From assembly GCA_044229845.1 (NCBI GenBank), contig JBGASG010000006.1:224001-288000 (forward strand): a stretch of 64,000 nt of DNA. Direction: 5' to 3'. The translations under genes and the position numbers were made by a program. The notes beneath the pieces are model-generated. The model saw nothing but the letters and a program-made list of their open reading frames with translations. It did no database searches and was not told the origin of the DNA. Positions within the stretch are counted from its first letter, which is position 1; the number at the start of each line of letters is the position of its first letter. This DNA is from Candidatus Obscuribacteraceae bacterium. Lineage in GTDB: Bacteria; Cyanobacteriota; Vampirovibrionia; Obscuribacterales; Obscuribacteraceae. Of this stretch, positions 19,307 to 28,819 are shown piece after piece.

Positions 19307-22147
19307 TTACTGGCAAGCTTCGCAGTCAGGATCGGTAATGGAGCATGCCTTAGGAGAGGCTGACATGTCTTCCATCATTACCACTGATACTGTCAGCGGC
19401 ACCTCACTGGAAACCTTGTTGAGCGCACCGGTGGTGACGGTGGATTTCTCTGCGTAGGTTGCACCGATTGTCCGCAGGTAATAGGTTGTTTTGAGACCAC
19501 GTTGCCATGCCAGCTTGTAAGTCTCATCCAACTTCTTACCGTTGGGTTGAGCGATATACACGTTGAGGCTTTGTGCTTGATCGATCCATTTTTGCCGGCG
19601 CGAGCCCGCTTCGATGAGCCACTTCGGATCAACTTCGAAAGCGGTTGCATAAAGCTGCTTCAATTCGGCGGGAATGCGCTCGATCGGCATCACGGAGCCG
19701 TCAAAGTATTTGAGGTCGTGCACCATGACTTCATCCCACAGTCCAAGCGCCTTCAGGTCTTCGACCAGGTAGGTATTGAGCACGGTGAAATCGCCTGAGA
19801 GATTGGACTTCACATAGAGATTCTGGAAGGTCGGCTCGATACAAGGGCTGACGCCGATGATATTGCTGATGGTGGCAGTCGGTGCAATCGCCAGCACGTT
19901 GCTGTTGCGCATACCGAACTTGGCGATGTGTTCGCGGACCGGTGTCCAGTCAAGACGCACGGTGCGATCTTGTTCGAGCACTCCGCCGCGAGCGGCTTCG
20001 ACTAATTTGATGCTGTCGATGGGTAGAATGCCTTGATCCCACAGAGAGCCTTTGTAAGTCGCGTAGGTGCCGCGCTCTTTAGCCAGTTCGCTGCTGGCGT
20101 ACAAGGCGTAGAAGCTGATTGCTTCCATGCTGTAGTCGGCGAACTCGACGGCTTCTTGCGAAGCATAAGGAATACGCAATTTGAGCAAAGCATCCTGGAA
20201 GCCCATGAAACCAAGTCCGATCGGGCGATGTTTCAAGTTGGAGTTGCGAGCTTTCGGCACGCTGTAATAGTTGATATCGATAACGTTATCGAGCATGCGC
20301 ACTGCAGTTTTGCAGGTGCGTTGCAGTTTTTCCAGGTCCAGTCCGTTTTCAGTGACGTGAGCAATCAGGTTGATGGAACCGAGGTTGCAGACTGCAGTTT
20401 CTTTATCAGAGGTATTGAGCGTGATCTCGGTGCAAAGGTTGGAGGAGTGCACGACGCCGACATGTTGTTGCGGGCTGCGCAGGTTGCAGACATCTTTGAA
20501 GGTGATCCATGGATGTCCGGTTTCGAAGAGCATGGAGAGCATCTTGCGCCATAGGTCGAGCGCTTGCACTTTCTTGAACTGTTTGATTTTGCCCATCGCG
20601 GCCATGCTTTCATACTTTTCGTACGTCTGGCGGAAGGCGGCACCGAACTTGTCGTGCAGATCCGGCACTTCATCTGGTGAGAAGAGTGTCCACTCTTGAT
20701 CGGCGTGCATGCGTTCCATGAACAGATCAGGCACCCAGTTGGCGGTGTTCATGTCATGCGTGCGGCGGCGGTCGTCGCCGGTGTTTTTGCGCAACTCTAG
20801 GAATTCTTCGATGTCGAGGTGCCAAGTCTCCAGGTACGCACAGACCGCACCTTTTCGCTTGCCGCCTTGATTGACGGCGACAGCGGTATCGTTGACGACC
20901 TTGAGGAACGGCACAACGCCCTGGCTCTTGCCATTGGTGCCTTTAATATGAGCACCAAGGGCCCGGATGGGCGTCCAGTCATTCCCAAGTCCGCCACTGA
21001 ACTTAGAAAGAAGGGCATTTTCTTTCATAGCATCGTAGATACTTTCGAGATCATCCTGGACGGTGGTCAGGAAGCACGAAGATAGCTGCGGTCTGTGTGT
21101 CCCAGAGTTAAACAGAGTAGGAGTGGAGGAGATAAAGTCAAACGAGGACAGGAGTTCGTAGAACTCGATTGCGCGCGCTTCCCGATCAACTTCGTTGAGC
21201 GAGAGTCCCATCGCAATGCGCATCCAGAAAGCTTGCGGCAACTCGAAGCGGCGACCATTCGTGTGAAGGAAATACCGATCGTAGAGGGTCTGCAGTCCCA
21301 GATATTGGAATTGCAGATCGCGATCGGCCTTGATCGCTGCTCCCAGTTCCGCAAGGTTGAACTGGGATATGCGCGGATCGATAAGACCGGCTTCCAAGCC
21401 ACGCTTGACGTACTCAGGAAAGTACTCGGCGTAGCGAACTTTCATTTGGGCGTGTGTTTGCGGCTCGCCGATCACTTCGTGACGGATCTGGTCGAGCAGG
21501 AGGCGCGACGTGGCGAACGCATAGCCCGGATCGCGTTCGATGAGAGTGCGCGCACTCATGATGGCGGACTTATATATGTCGTCTTGCGGAACGCCGTCGT
21601 ACAAATTGACGATCGTGCCATTGTAGATTTCTTGTACAGAAACTTGATCGCCTAGTCCGGCGCAAGCTTCTTCGATGACTGTGCGCAAGCGCTGGTAGTC
21701 GATGGCAGTGGTGGTGCCGTTAGCCAACGTCATTTTCAGTTCGGCGGTGGGAACTCCCAGTTCTTCCTGGGCTTTCGCTCTCTCTTGCGCGCGCGCTTCT
21801 CTATATAGAACATAACGACGTGCCACTTCGTGTTCACCCGAACGCATGAGCGCCAGTTCGACCTGGTCCTGGATGAACTCGATGTGCACGGTGCCGCCCT
21901 GCGGCTGCTGGCGCATCAATTTGTCCACAACTTGCTGAGTCAGCTTCTGGACGATGTCGCGAACGCGCGAACTGGTCGCTTCGTTGTCCGCACCGCCGCC
22001 AGCGATGAACGCTTTGTGCAGAGCGATTTGAATTTTGCTCGGATCAAATCCGGCCACTTTTCCGTCACGACGAATGACTTTGTAGTTGGCATATTTGGTC
22101 GATTCTTCAGTGACCGGTTGAGATAACATCGCCTGTATCTGCGTCAT
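19307..22147 (-). CDS. nrdA: Ribonucleotide reductase class Ia alpha subunit, two N-terminal ATP cones
   Basis: VIRRDG ATP cone, TPTLFNSG, QLSSCF, SSNLCTEI, APTATIS, KTTYY, C-terminal CEACQ; start MTQIQ after GAGG. Confidence 0.97.
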   Translation of the reverse strand: MTQIQAMLSQPVTEESTKYANYKVIRRDGKVAGFDPSKIQIALHKAFIAGGGADNEATSSRVRDIVQKLTQQVVDKLMRQQPQGGTVHIEFIQDQVELALMRSGEHEVARRYVLYREARAQERAKAQEELGVPTAELKMTLANGTTTAIDYQRLRTVIEEACAGLGDQVSVQEIYNGTIVNLYDGVPQDDIYKSAIMSARTLIERDPGYAFATSRLLLDQIRHEVIGEPQTHAQMKVRYAEYFPEYVKRGLEAGLIDPRISQFNLAELGAAIKADRDLQFQYLGLQTLYDRYFLHTNGRRFELPQAFWMRIAMGLSLNEVDREARAIEFYELLSSFDFISSTPTLFNSGTHRPQLSSCFLTTVQDDLESIYDAMKENALLSKFSGGLGNDWTPIRALGAHIKGTNGKSQGVVPFLKVVNDTAVAVNQGGKRKGAVCAYLETWHLDIEEFLELRKNTGDDRRRTHDMNTANWVPDLFMERMHADQEWTLFSPDEVPDLHDKFGAAFRQTYEKYESMAAMGKIKQFKKVQALDLWRKMLSMLFETGHPWITFKDVCNLRSPQQHVGVVHSSNLCTEITLNTSDKETAVCNLGSINLIAHVTENGLDLEKLQRTCKTAVRMLDNVIDINYYSVPKARNSNLKHRPIGLGFMGFQDALLKLRIPYASQEAVEFADYSMEAISFYALYASSELAKERGTYATYKGSLWDQGILPIDSIKLVEAARGGVLEQDRTVRLDWTPVREHIAKFGMRNSNVLAIAPTATISNIIGVSPCIEPTFQNLYVKSNLSGDFTVLNTYLVEDLKALGLWDEVMVHDLKYFDGSVMPIERIPAELKQLYATAFEVDPKWLIEAGSRRQKWIDQAQSLNVYIAQPNGKKLDETYKLAWQRGLKTTYYLRTIGATYAEKSTVTTGALNKVSSEVPLTVSVVMMEDMSASPKACSITDPDCEACQ

Positions 22148-22454
22148 TTCTTTGCCTTTCCTCTGGGCGCAAGTTGTTTCCGTGGAGGGCAAACCAAAAC
22201 CATATCTATCGATATACCATACATAGGCATGGTAACATACGTGCAAGCAGTCTAGCCACTTGCAATTGGTTTTCAGATTTGCCCTAGAACGCGAGAGCAA
22301 TTAGATACGTCGCAGATATCAATCAGCGATGTATCATCACAAGTTTTTCCGGGTTGCCTTCTCTGATTCAGACTTTATCTGCACCTAATGAAACTTAGGT
22401 TTTATCGGTCTTTCTGAAGAGGGGCGACACCCGTAGTGGTTGTGATGAAGAGTA

Positions 22455-22470
22455 ACACCGCATGTGGTGT
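22455..22470. promoter_or_regulatory. NrdR box (candidate)
   Basis: ACACCGCATGTGGTGT, a near-palindrome resembling acaCwAtATaTwGtgt, upstream of nrdA. Confidence 0.6.
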
Positions 22471-22860
22471 TTGTATAGGAATTTGTTGGACTACCGCTGT
22501 ATATCCAACGCCCCGAAGCTGGCAGCCACGACTGTTTCAGGCTAGATTAAAGATGCCGCTTTAGATCCCTGATTTTATCGGCGGCGCCTGAAATATATGC
22601 GCAAAAGATCTGGTGGTGGCAGATGCGATACCAGACCAGATCTTTAGCCGAGATCTGATGCCATCAAATTTGGTGCCCTGAGATCGATCATATCGGACGT
22701 TTTGTCAACGGCGCAGAAAGCCCATTTCCGTTGAGTGTCTTAAAAAGCAGTTCAGCCGATTCCGCCTATTGGAAATCACGTTAGCTGCAGATCATTCACC
22801 GTGCATTCAGTTACGCAGCAACGGGTCGACGTTCGTTCCAATTGCGGCGCGGACCTTCGT

Positions 22861-23637
22861 TCACGTGCCGGCACGCAGCTGCTCAACCAGCATGGGCAGC
22901 AGATTTCCAGAGGGTCCGGCAAGAAACAGATCAGCCACTTCTGTGATCGGCGTTTCATCTGGATTGACTTCGACCACAAAAGCATCAGCATCCTTCGCAG
23001 TATAAGGAAGCGATGCCGCCGGATAGACGATGCCCGAAGTGCCGACCACCAGCACCACATCGGCGGCGCGCACCAGACGAGACGCGCGTTCCATCGCGCC
23101 GGGCGGCAACATCTCGTTGAACCAGACAACGCCCGGACGCATCAGCGATCCGCACTCGGTGCAGAGCGGCGGTTCCTTTAGATCAAAGGCGATTTCCGCC
23201 GGCGCCGGATGGCGCTGCTCGAAACAGAAGAAGTCCAAGATGTTGCCGTGCAACTCGACAATGTCGGTCGAACCGGCGCGCTTGTGCAAGCCGTCCACGT
23301 TCTGGGTGACTACCACCACCTCCGGTATCAACGACTCCAACCCGGCAATCGCATGATGTCCCGGATTCGGCTGCACCTCCAGCACCTTCTTGCGGCGGAA
23401 GTCATACCACTGCCAGACCAGCGGCGGATCCGAAAGAAATCCTTGCGGCGTCGCCAACTTCTCCGGCTCATAGGTTGCCCACAGTCCGGTGAGTGCATCG
23501 CGAAACGTCGGTATGCCGCTCTCCTTGGAGACACCCGCTCCCGTCAGCACCACCACTTTTTTAGCCGCTCTTAATTTAGCGGCGGCCGTTTTTATATCTT
23601 TTTGGAGATCAGCAGGGGGCACCATCGGCAACACCAC
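22861..23637 (-). CDS. cobB: NAD-dependent protein deacylase (sirtuin)
   Basis: TGAGVSKESGIPTFR, TQNVDGLH, ELHG, RPGVVWF, GTSG.VYPA. Confidence 0.93.
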   Translation of the reverse strand: MVLPMVPPADLQKDIKTAAAKLRAAKKVVVLTGAGVSKESGIPTFRDALTGLWATYEPEKLATPQGFLSDPPLVWQWYDFRRKKVLEVQPNPGHHAIAGLESLIPEVVVVTQNVDGLHKRAGSTDIVELHGNILDFFCFEQRHPAPAEIAFDLKEPPLCTECGSLMRPGVVWFNEMLPPGAMERASRLVRAADVVLVVGTSGIVYPAASLPYTAKDADAFVVEVNPDETPITEVADLFLAGPSGNLLPMLVEQLRAGT

Positions 23638-24198
23638 TCATGGCGACTTCCGCCGCGCATCCCATTCTTCCCGGAGCATCGCGAAGAGCAAAGTATCGCG
23701 CCAGTGACCCTTGATGTTTTTGTCTTTGATGAAGTGCCCTTCCTGACGCATGCCGCACTTGCGCAGCACGCGCGCGGACCCGACGTTTTCGGCGTCGCAT
23801 GTCGCCCATGCACGATGCAGTTTCAACTTGTCAAAACCAAAATCGATAAGCGCCTGCGCCGCCTCGGATCCAAAGCCGAGCCCCCAATAACTGCGATTGA
23901 AGCAATAACCGAGATCCGCCTGCCTGGGATCGAATTGCGCCACCCGTATGCCGCAGGCACCAATCAGTCTTTCCTCTTCTCTATGAATGACCGCAAATTC
24001 AAAAATCGTCCGCGGATTCGCTCGCTGCGCCAGAAGCACCCGGTCGATGAAGGCGAGCGTCTGTTCAGTGGTATTCGGTCCCCACTCCATATACTTCACG
24101 ACTTCCGGGTCGACGGAATACTTATGGACTTCTTTCCAGTCCGTTTGCTTGAAGTCGCGCAATTGCAGGTTGGCTGTTTCGATCAGCACGTCTCTCAT
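23638..24198 (-). CDS. GNAT acetyltransferase (RimJ/RimL family)
   Basis: DLGYCF..YWGLGFGSEA, NVGSARVLRKCGM.QEG. Confidence 0.9.
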   Translation of the reverse strand: MRDVLIETANLQLRDFKQTDWKEVHKYSVDPEVVKYMEWGPNTTEQTLAFIDRVLLAQRANPRTIFEFAVIHREEERLIGACGIRVAQFDPRQADLGYCFNRSYWGLGFGSEAAQALIDFGFDKLKLHRAWATCDAENVGSARVLRKCGMRQEGHFIKDKNIKGHWRDTLLFAMLREEWDARRKSP

Positions 24199-24336
24199 GA
24201 CATCCTTGTCGTGTTGTGCCTGTTCATCTACATCAAAAGGATCTCTTAAATGAACGGGTCTAGCAACGCTTCTATTGTTAGGATTGCGTTTTCGAAGAGT
24301 AGCTAAATTGATATTTGCCCCCTGGAGGTAAGCGCC

Positions 24337-24753
24337 ATGCCGGAAGTGACAGTCGTCGCCAAACCGCAAGGTCTGCAGCATGAAATCAAGACCGCCCATC
24401 ACACCCTGCTGGCGGACGCAGGCAAAGACATCGGCGGCACCGAAACCGGACCCGATCCACACGAACTGATGCTGGCGTCGCTCGGTGCCTGCACCTCCAT
24501 GACTCTGCAGCTGTTCGCCAAAAAACGCGAATGGAATTTGACCAGCGTCAATGTCAAGCTGCGCGAAGAACGCGTCGACGATCCACAAAATCCCGGCAAG
24601 CAAATGTCCAAGATCACCCGCGAGGTTCATCTCGAAGGCGACCTCACCCTTGAGCAACTAGAAACCCTGAAGGGCATCGCCAACAAATGCCCCATCCATA
24701 AATTGCTCACCGAATCCAACAAACAGATCGAAACCTCTGTCGCCAAAGGCTGA
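24337..24753 (+). CDS. OsmC-family protein (YhfA-like)
   Basis: GGTETGPDPHEL, LGACT, KCPIH; GGAGG RBS. Confidence 0.9.
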   Translation: MPEVTVVAKPQGLQHEIKTAHHTLLADAGKDIGGTETGPDPHELMLASLGACTSMTLQLFAKKREWNLTSVNVKLREERVDDPQNPGKQMSKITREVHLEGDLTLEQLETLKGIANKCPIHKLLTESNKQIETSVAKG

Positions 24754-24760
24754 CAGCCGA

Positions 24761-24837
24761 AGCCCAAGCGATATCGCTTCAGTTCAAAGAGCCCAAGCGA
24801 TATCGCTTCAGTTCAAAGAGCCCAAGCGATATCGCTT
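24761..24837. repeat. Tandem 29-bp repeats (x~2.7) with palindrome AAGCGATATCGCTT
   Basis: AGCCCAAGCGATATCGCTTCAGTTCAAAG at 24761 and 24790, partial at 24819. Confidence 0.95.
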
Positions 24838-24869
24838 TAACTCTAAGTCTCCACGTACGGGGAATTTTT

Positions 24870-25271
24870 GTGCAGGAAGAGCTTCCCAATCTCAAAGTAA
24901 TTCTCAAGAGGTTCGAAGAAGCCGACGAGCTTCGTACATTCGAAAAGGGGAAGTTCGAAATCGTACATTTGGGTGGCATGACCATCGGTCGCGCCACCTA
25001 CGAGCCGGGTTGGAAATGGTCTGAACATGTCGGGCTGGCAGCCAACACTCCGTACTGTGAAGTCGAACACGTCGGGATGGTGATCTCCGGCACGGCCACT
25101 GCCGCTATGGTCAACGGCGACATCATCGAGTTGAAGCCGGGCAATCTGTTTCACATTCCGAAGGTCGCGCACGACAGCTGGGTCGTTGGCGATGAACCGT
25201 ACGTTTCTCTACATTTCCTCGGCGCCGACCACTACGCAAAGCCCGAGGAAGAAACAGCTCCAGACGCCTGA
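24870..25271 (+). CDS. Cupin domain protein
   Basis: EPGWKWS, CEVEH, HDSWVVGDEP. Confidence 0.85.
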   Translation: MQEELPNLKVILKRFEEADELRTFEKGKFEIVHLGGMTIGRATYEPGWKWSEHVGLAANTPYCEVEHVGMVISGTATAAMVNGDIIELKPGNLFHIPKVAHDSWVVGDEPYVSLHFLGADHYAKPEEETAPDA

Positions 25272-25277
25272 TCGTCG

Positions 25278-26108
25278 ATGCTTGATCTTCCACAGTTCGA
25301 AACGCATTTGAAGACTCGAGTCTTAGGGCGCTCTGCTTGCGCCAATGAGCTGTGGGACGAAATCGATTCCACCAATAGCCGCGCCGCTCAACTGGCAGCA
25401 AGCGGCGCGCCGGAAGGCGTAGTGGTAATGGCCCGCTTGCAAACCGCGGGACGGGGTCGTCAGGGCCGTACCTGGGTTTCGCCGCCCAACTCCGGAATCT
25501 ACATTAGTTTCCTCCTGCGCCCGACACTGCCACCGCAGGCGGTGCCGCTCATGAGCCTGGCAACCGGCGTAGCAGTTGTGGAAGCAGTCGCCAACGTGAC
25601 AGGATTGGCAGTCGGTTTGAAATGGGTCAACGACATCGTCGCCGACGGCAAGAAAGTCGGCGGCATCCTCGCCGAAATGACAACCAGCACAGATCCCGCC
25701 AACCCCGGCGCCGGCAGCAATCGATCGCTGGTCGTCGGCGTCGGTCTGAACATCCATCTTGAAGAAACCGACCTGGACGACGAACTGCGACAACGCGTGC
25801 AGTGGCTTGAGGGACTTGCAGGGCAGGCAATTGATTACAATCTGTTGGCGGCGGAACTTTGCCTTTGCCTCGAAGAGCGCTATTTCGATCTGCGCAACGG
25901 CGACCGCGGGAAAATCGTCGATATGTGGAAGAAACGGTCCGTAACCCTGGGCAAGGAGATTCGCGCCACTTCAGGAAACACCATTGTCGAGGGCGAAGCC
26001 GTTGACATCGATGAAAACGGAGCGCTTGTTCTCAGCACCGCCGATGGTAATATCAAGCTGCACGCCGGAGAGATATCGATCCGCAACCTCGATGGTTCAT
26101 ACTGCTGA
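25278..26108 (+). CDS. birA: Biotin--protein ligase (no N-terminal HTH)
   Basis: DSTN, QTAGRGRQGRTW, KWVND, KVGGILAE, GVGLN. Confidence 0.93.
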   Translation: MLDLPQFETHLKTRVLGRSACANELWDEIDSTNSRAAQLAASGAPEGVVVMARLQTAGRGRQGRTWVSPPNSGIYISFLLRPTLPPQAVPLMSLATGVAVVEAVANVTGLAVGLKWVNDIVADGKKVGGILAEMTTSTDPANPGAGSNRSLVVGVGLNIHLEETDLDDELRQRVQWLEGLAGQAIDYNLLAAELCLCLEERYFDLRNGDRGKIVDMWKKRSVTLGKEIRATSGNTIVEGEAVDIDENGALVLSTADGNIKLHAGEISIRNLDGSYC

Positions 26109-26117
26109 GACGCGCCG

Positions 26118-26759
26118 ATGCAACTGGATCCTAACGAAATCAAAGCCGAGTCGGAGCAATTGATCCTGACGGCAGGCGGAAAAATAAATGACGAACTGCC
26201 GCCGCTGGCGCGCACGAAAATGCGTTCGCGCGAACAGATTGTCGCGCGGGCGCTGGTAATGAACGCGATGATGCAGATTTACTTTGATGCGCCGATAGAA
26301 ATAATCGACGGCTGGATTTACGACAACGGACTGACCGAGCATGTGTCGCCCGCCGAAAGTGAACTTCTCTCGAAACGCACCGAAGACCTTGCGCACAAAG
26401 AGAAGATAGACCTCTACTGGTACATCGAAGGTGTCTGGACACTCATGTGGGTAGGGCATCTCATAGATTCGCTGCCTTTTGATCGAGGCGTCGAAAATTT
26501 TCTCGCCGCCCTCGCCCCCGATCTGCAAAATAACGAGGACGGCACAAAGTTTCAATCGACGATGCGCATTCGCCCCTTCCCCGACTTGTTCAAAATGCTC
26601 GACCTGTACTACAGACTGCACTGGTACACGCGAGACGGTTTACTGCACGAATACGACACGGGCAACTTCAACCATGACCGCATAATGGAACGACGCCGCG
26701 CGCTGGAATGGGTGATGCAGCCCTCGGTCGGTTGGGACGATGCACGGTTGCTGGCATGA
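26118..26759 (+). CDS. DUF4272-like protein
   Basis: DLYYRLHW...ERRRALEW C-terminal pattern. Confidence 0.7.
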   Translation: MQLDPNEIKAESEQLILTAGGKINDELPPLARTKMRSREQIVARALVMNAMMQIYFDAPIEIIDGWIYDNGLTEHVSPAESELLSKRTEDLAHKEKIDLYWYIEGVWTLMWVGHLIDSLPFDRGVENFLAALAPDLQNNEDGTKFQSTMRIRPFPDLFKMLDLYYRLHWYTRDGLLHEYDTGNFNHDRIMERRRALEWVMQPSVGWDDARLLA

Positions 26760-27424
26760 AACAATACAAGTTTCTCGGCTGGATCACTGTCTTCTACGTC
26801 ACCATGCAACTCGTCTGCGATGTCACCGCCGGCAAGATCGTTCAGCTCTTCGTATTTCCGGTTTCAGTAACAGTCCTCTACTTCCCAATCACATTCATCT
26901 TTGCCGACGTGCTCACCGAGGTGTACGGCTATGCAGTGGCGCGCAAGACACTGTGGACGGTGATGGCCTGTTCCATTACCGCAGGACTCATCTACCAGCT
27001 GGTCGTCTTTCTTCCACCCGCCCCAGGCTTCGCGGGCAACGAAGCTTATACACGCGTGCTCGGACAGGTGCCGCGCATTTTGCTGGGTGCCTGGATCGCA
27101 GTTTTTGCCGGTGAAATTCTCAACGACTTCGTCCTCGCGAAAATGAAAATCTGGACCGACGGCAAACATCTCTGGTCGCGCCTGGTCGGTTCCACACTCG
27201 TGGGACAGTTCGTCAACACCATCCTCTTCTACACAATCGCTCTGGGCGGCATACTCCCCACCGCACTATTGATCGAATCGATCCTCTCCGGCTGGCTGCT
27301 GAAAGTCGTCGTCGAAATCGTCATGATCCCGGCAACATATGTGATCGTCAACAAACTGAAAGCAATCGAACAAGTCGATTTCTTCGACCGCGACACTAAC
27401 TTCAATCCGTTCAGCGCGCACTGA
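26756..27424 (+). CDS. Queuosine precursor transporter (VUT/YhhQ family)
   Basis: DVLTEVYG, PRI, GSTLVGQFVNT, D.DTNFNPF; ATGA overlap with upstream gene. Confidence 0.88.
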   Translation: MKQYKFLGWITVFYVTMQLVCDVTAGKIVQLFVFPVSVTVLYFPITFIFADVLTEVYGYAVARKTLWTVMACSITAGLIYQLVVFLPPAPGFAGNEAYTRVLGQVPRILLGAWIAVFAGEILNDFVLAKMKIWTDGKHLWSRLVGSTLVGQFVNTILFYTIALGGILPTALLIESILSGWLLKVVVEIVMIPATYVIVNKLKAIEQVDFFDRDTNFNPFSAH

Positions 27425-27453
27425 CTGGCGCGCACTAAATGCGGTGGCACGCG

Positions 27454-28197
27454 TCAGGCAGCCTTACCCATTTTCGCGGCCGCTTCATGCACCGCTTTGT
27501 CGAGCCTTTCGATTTCGTCGCCGCAGCCGCATTTCGTCAGCGACTCAAGAGGCTTTCCTTCAGATAGAGCAACGATATTGCGCCGCACTACGTGATAGCG
27601 CTTATGGCACGAGCCGCCCATAAAGATAATCATCAAGAGCCAGGTCAGACCGCCGAATACCGCAACAAATACGCCGCCGGTGGAGATGGCCCGCACAAGA
27701 GCCATGAACATGCCGAGCACAGTTTGCCCTTTCATCTCATCGACAGTTCCGGAAAGGTTTCGGCTTGCGTTCGACCACTCATCAACTGATGCTGAAAGTT
27801 TGTCGGCACTCGGCTTGCCGGCATCGCACTGCTCTTTGTATTGCTTGAAAGCGGCCAGCAGTTTGGTCGAATCGCTTTTCAGATCTGCATCCTGGTTGGG
27901 GCGACCGTCTTCAATCGCTAATTTACCCACAGCGGCTGCCGCCGCCGGAATCTCGGCCGCTGCTCTCTCGTGCTGCTGCAGGACACTCTTGTCCCTGGTG
28001 GCTCCATAGACAATCAGAGCATTGGATGCACGATCGACAGCCGAAGAGAGCCCATCGCCAGCCTTCCGCAGCGCATCGCCGCGGTGAGAGGCTCTGTCAA
28101 TCTCGGCTTCCACGGCTTTCGGATCGCCGACGATCCAGCCCGCCGCACCAGCAACAATGAGCGGAACCAGTCCGGACAACAAGATTTTTAGCCACAT
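27454..28197 (-). CDS. Membrane protein: TM, helical extracytoplasmic domain, TM, HAMP-like tail
   Basis: Two hydrophobic segments; GDEIERLDKAVHEAA HAMP-like end. Confidence 0.6.
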   Translation of the reverse strand: MWLKILLSGLVPLIVAGAAGWIVGDPKAVEAEIDRASHRGDALRKAGDGLSSAVDRASNALIVYGATRDKSVLQQHERAAAEIPAAAAAVGKLAIEDGRPNQDADLKSDSTKLLAAFKQYKEQCDAGKPSADKLSASVDEWSNASRNLSGTVDEMKGQTVLGMFMALVRAISTGGVFVAVFGGLTWLLMIIFMGGSCHKRYHVVRRNIVALSEGKPLESLTKCGCGDEIERLDKAVHEAAAKMGKAA

Positions 28198-28261
28198 AAT
28201 GACAGCCTCGGCTTTTAAACGTCAGCCCAGTCTATCAACAATAGGCATAGGTGTATTGGAT

Positions 28262-28819
28262 CTATTCGTACTCGATGATGGCGAAAACGTCTGTGCCGGT
28301 AGGCAGCTTCGAGCGGCCTTTCAAGAAACCCAGCTCGACTACAAACCCAACACCGACCACTTCGCTCTTCAGCGTTTTCATCAATCGGCACGCTGCGGCA
28401 GCAGTGCCACCAGTGGCCAACAGGTCGTCAATGATGACCACACGCTGTCCCGGCTCGGTCGCATCCATATGGATTTCCAGACTGTCCGTGCCGTACTCCA
28501 GTTCATAAGATTCACGTTGTACTTTGTGCGGCAGCTTGCCCGGCTTGCGAATCGGAATGAAACCGATACCAATGCGGTGAGCAATCGCCGGTCCGAGAAT
28601 GAAACCGCGAGCTTCGATGCCGGCGATATAGTCCAGCTTCATCGGGGCGTATTTCTCGGCGAATACGTCAATCACATAGCCGAATGCTGTCGGATCCTTG
28701 AGGAGCGTTGTCAAATCCTTGAAAACGATACCCGGTTTTGGGAAGTCAGGAATGTCACGAATGGTGCTCTTCAGCCAGTCAGCCTTCTCGCGGGTGACGG
28801 GCAGCATTTGCTCTTTCAT
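28262..28819 (-). CDS. apt: Adenine phosphoribosyltransferase
   Basis: IPDFPKPGIVFKD, IEARGF, RKPGKLP, LEYG, IIDDLLATGGT. Confidence 0.97.
   Translation of the reverse strand: MKEQMLPVTREKADWLKSTIRDIPDFPKPGIVFKDLTTLLKDPTAFGYVIDVFAEKYAPMKLDYIAGIEARGFILGPAIAHRIGIGFIPIRKPGKLPHKVQRESYELEYGTDSLEIHMDATEPGQRVVIIDDLLATGGTAAAACRLMKTLKSEVVGVGFVVELGFLKGRSKLPTGTDVFAIIEYE

Noticed and set aside
22148..22860. Cobalamin riboswitch upstream of nrdAB
   Set aside because: No B12-box elements recognisable on the coding strand.
24199..24657. Long N-terminus of the GNAT ORF
   Set aside because: Antisense shadow of the OsmC gene.
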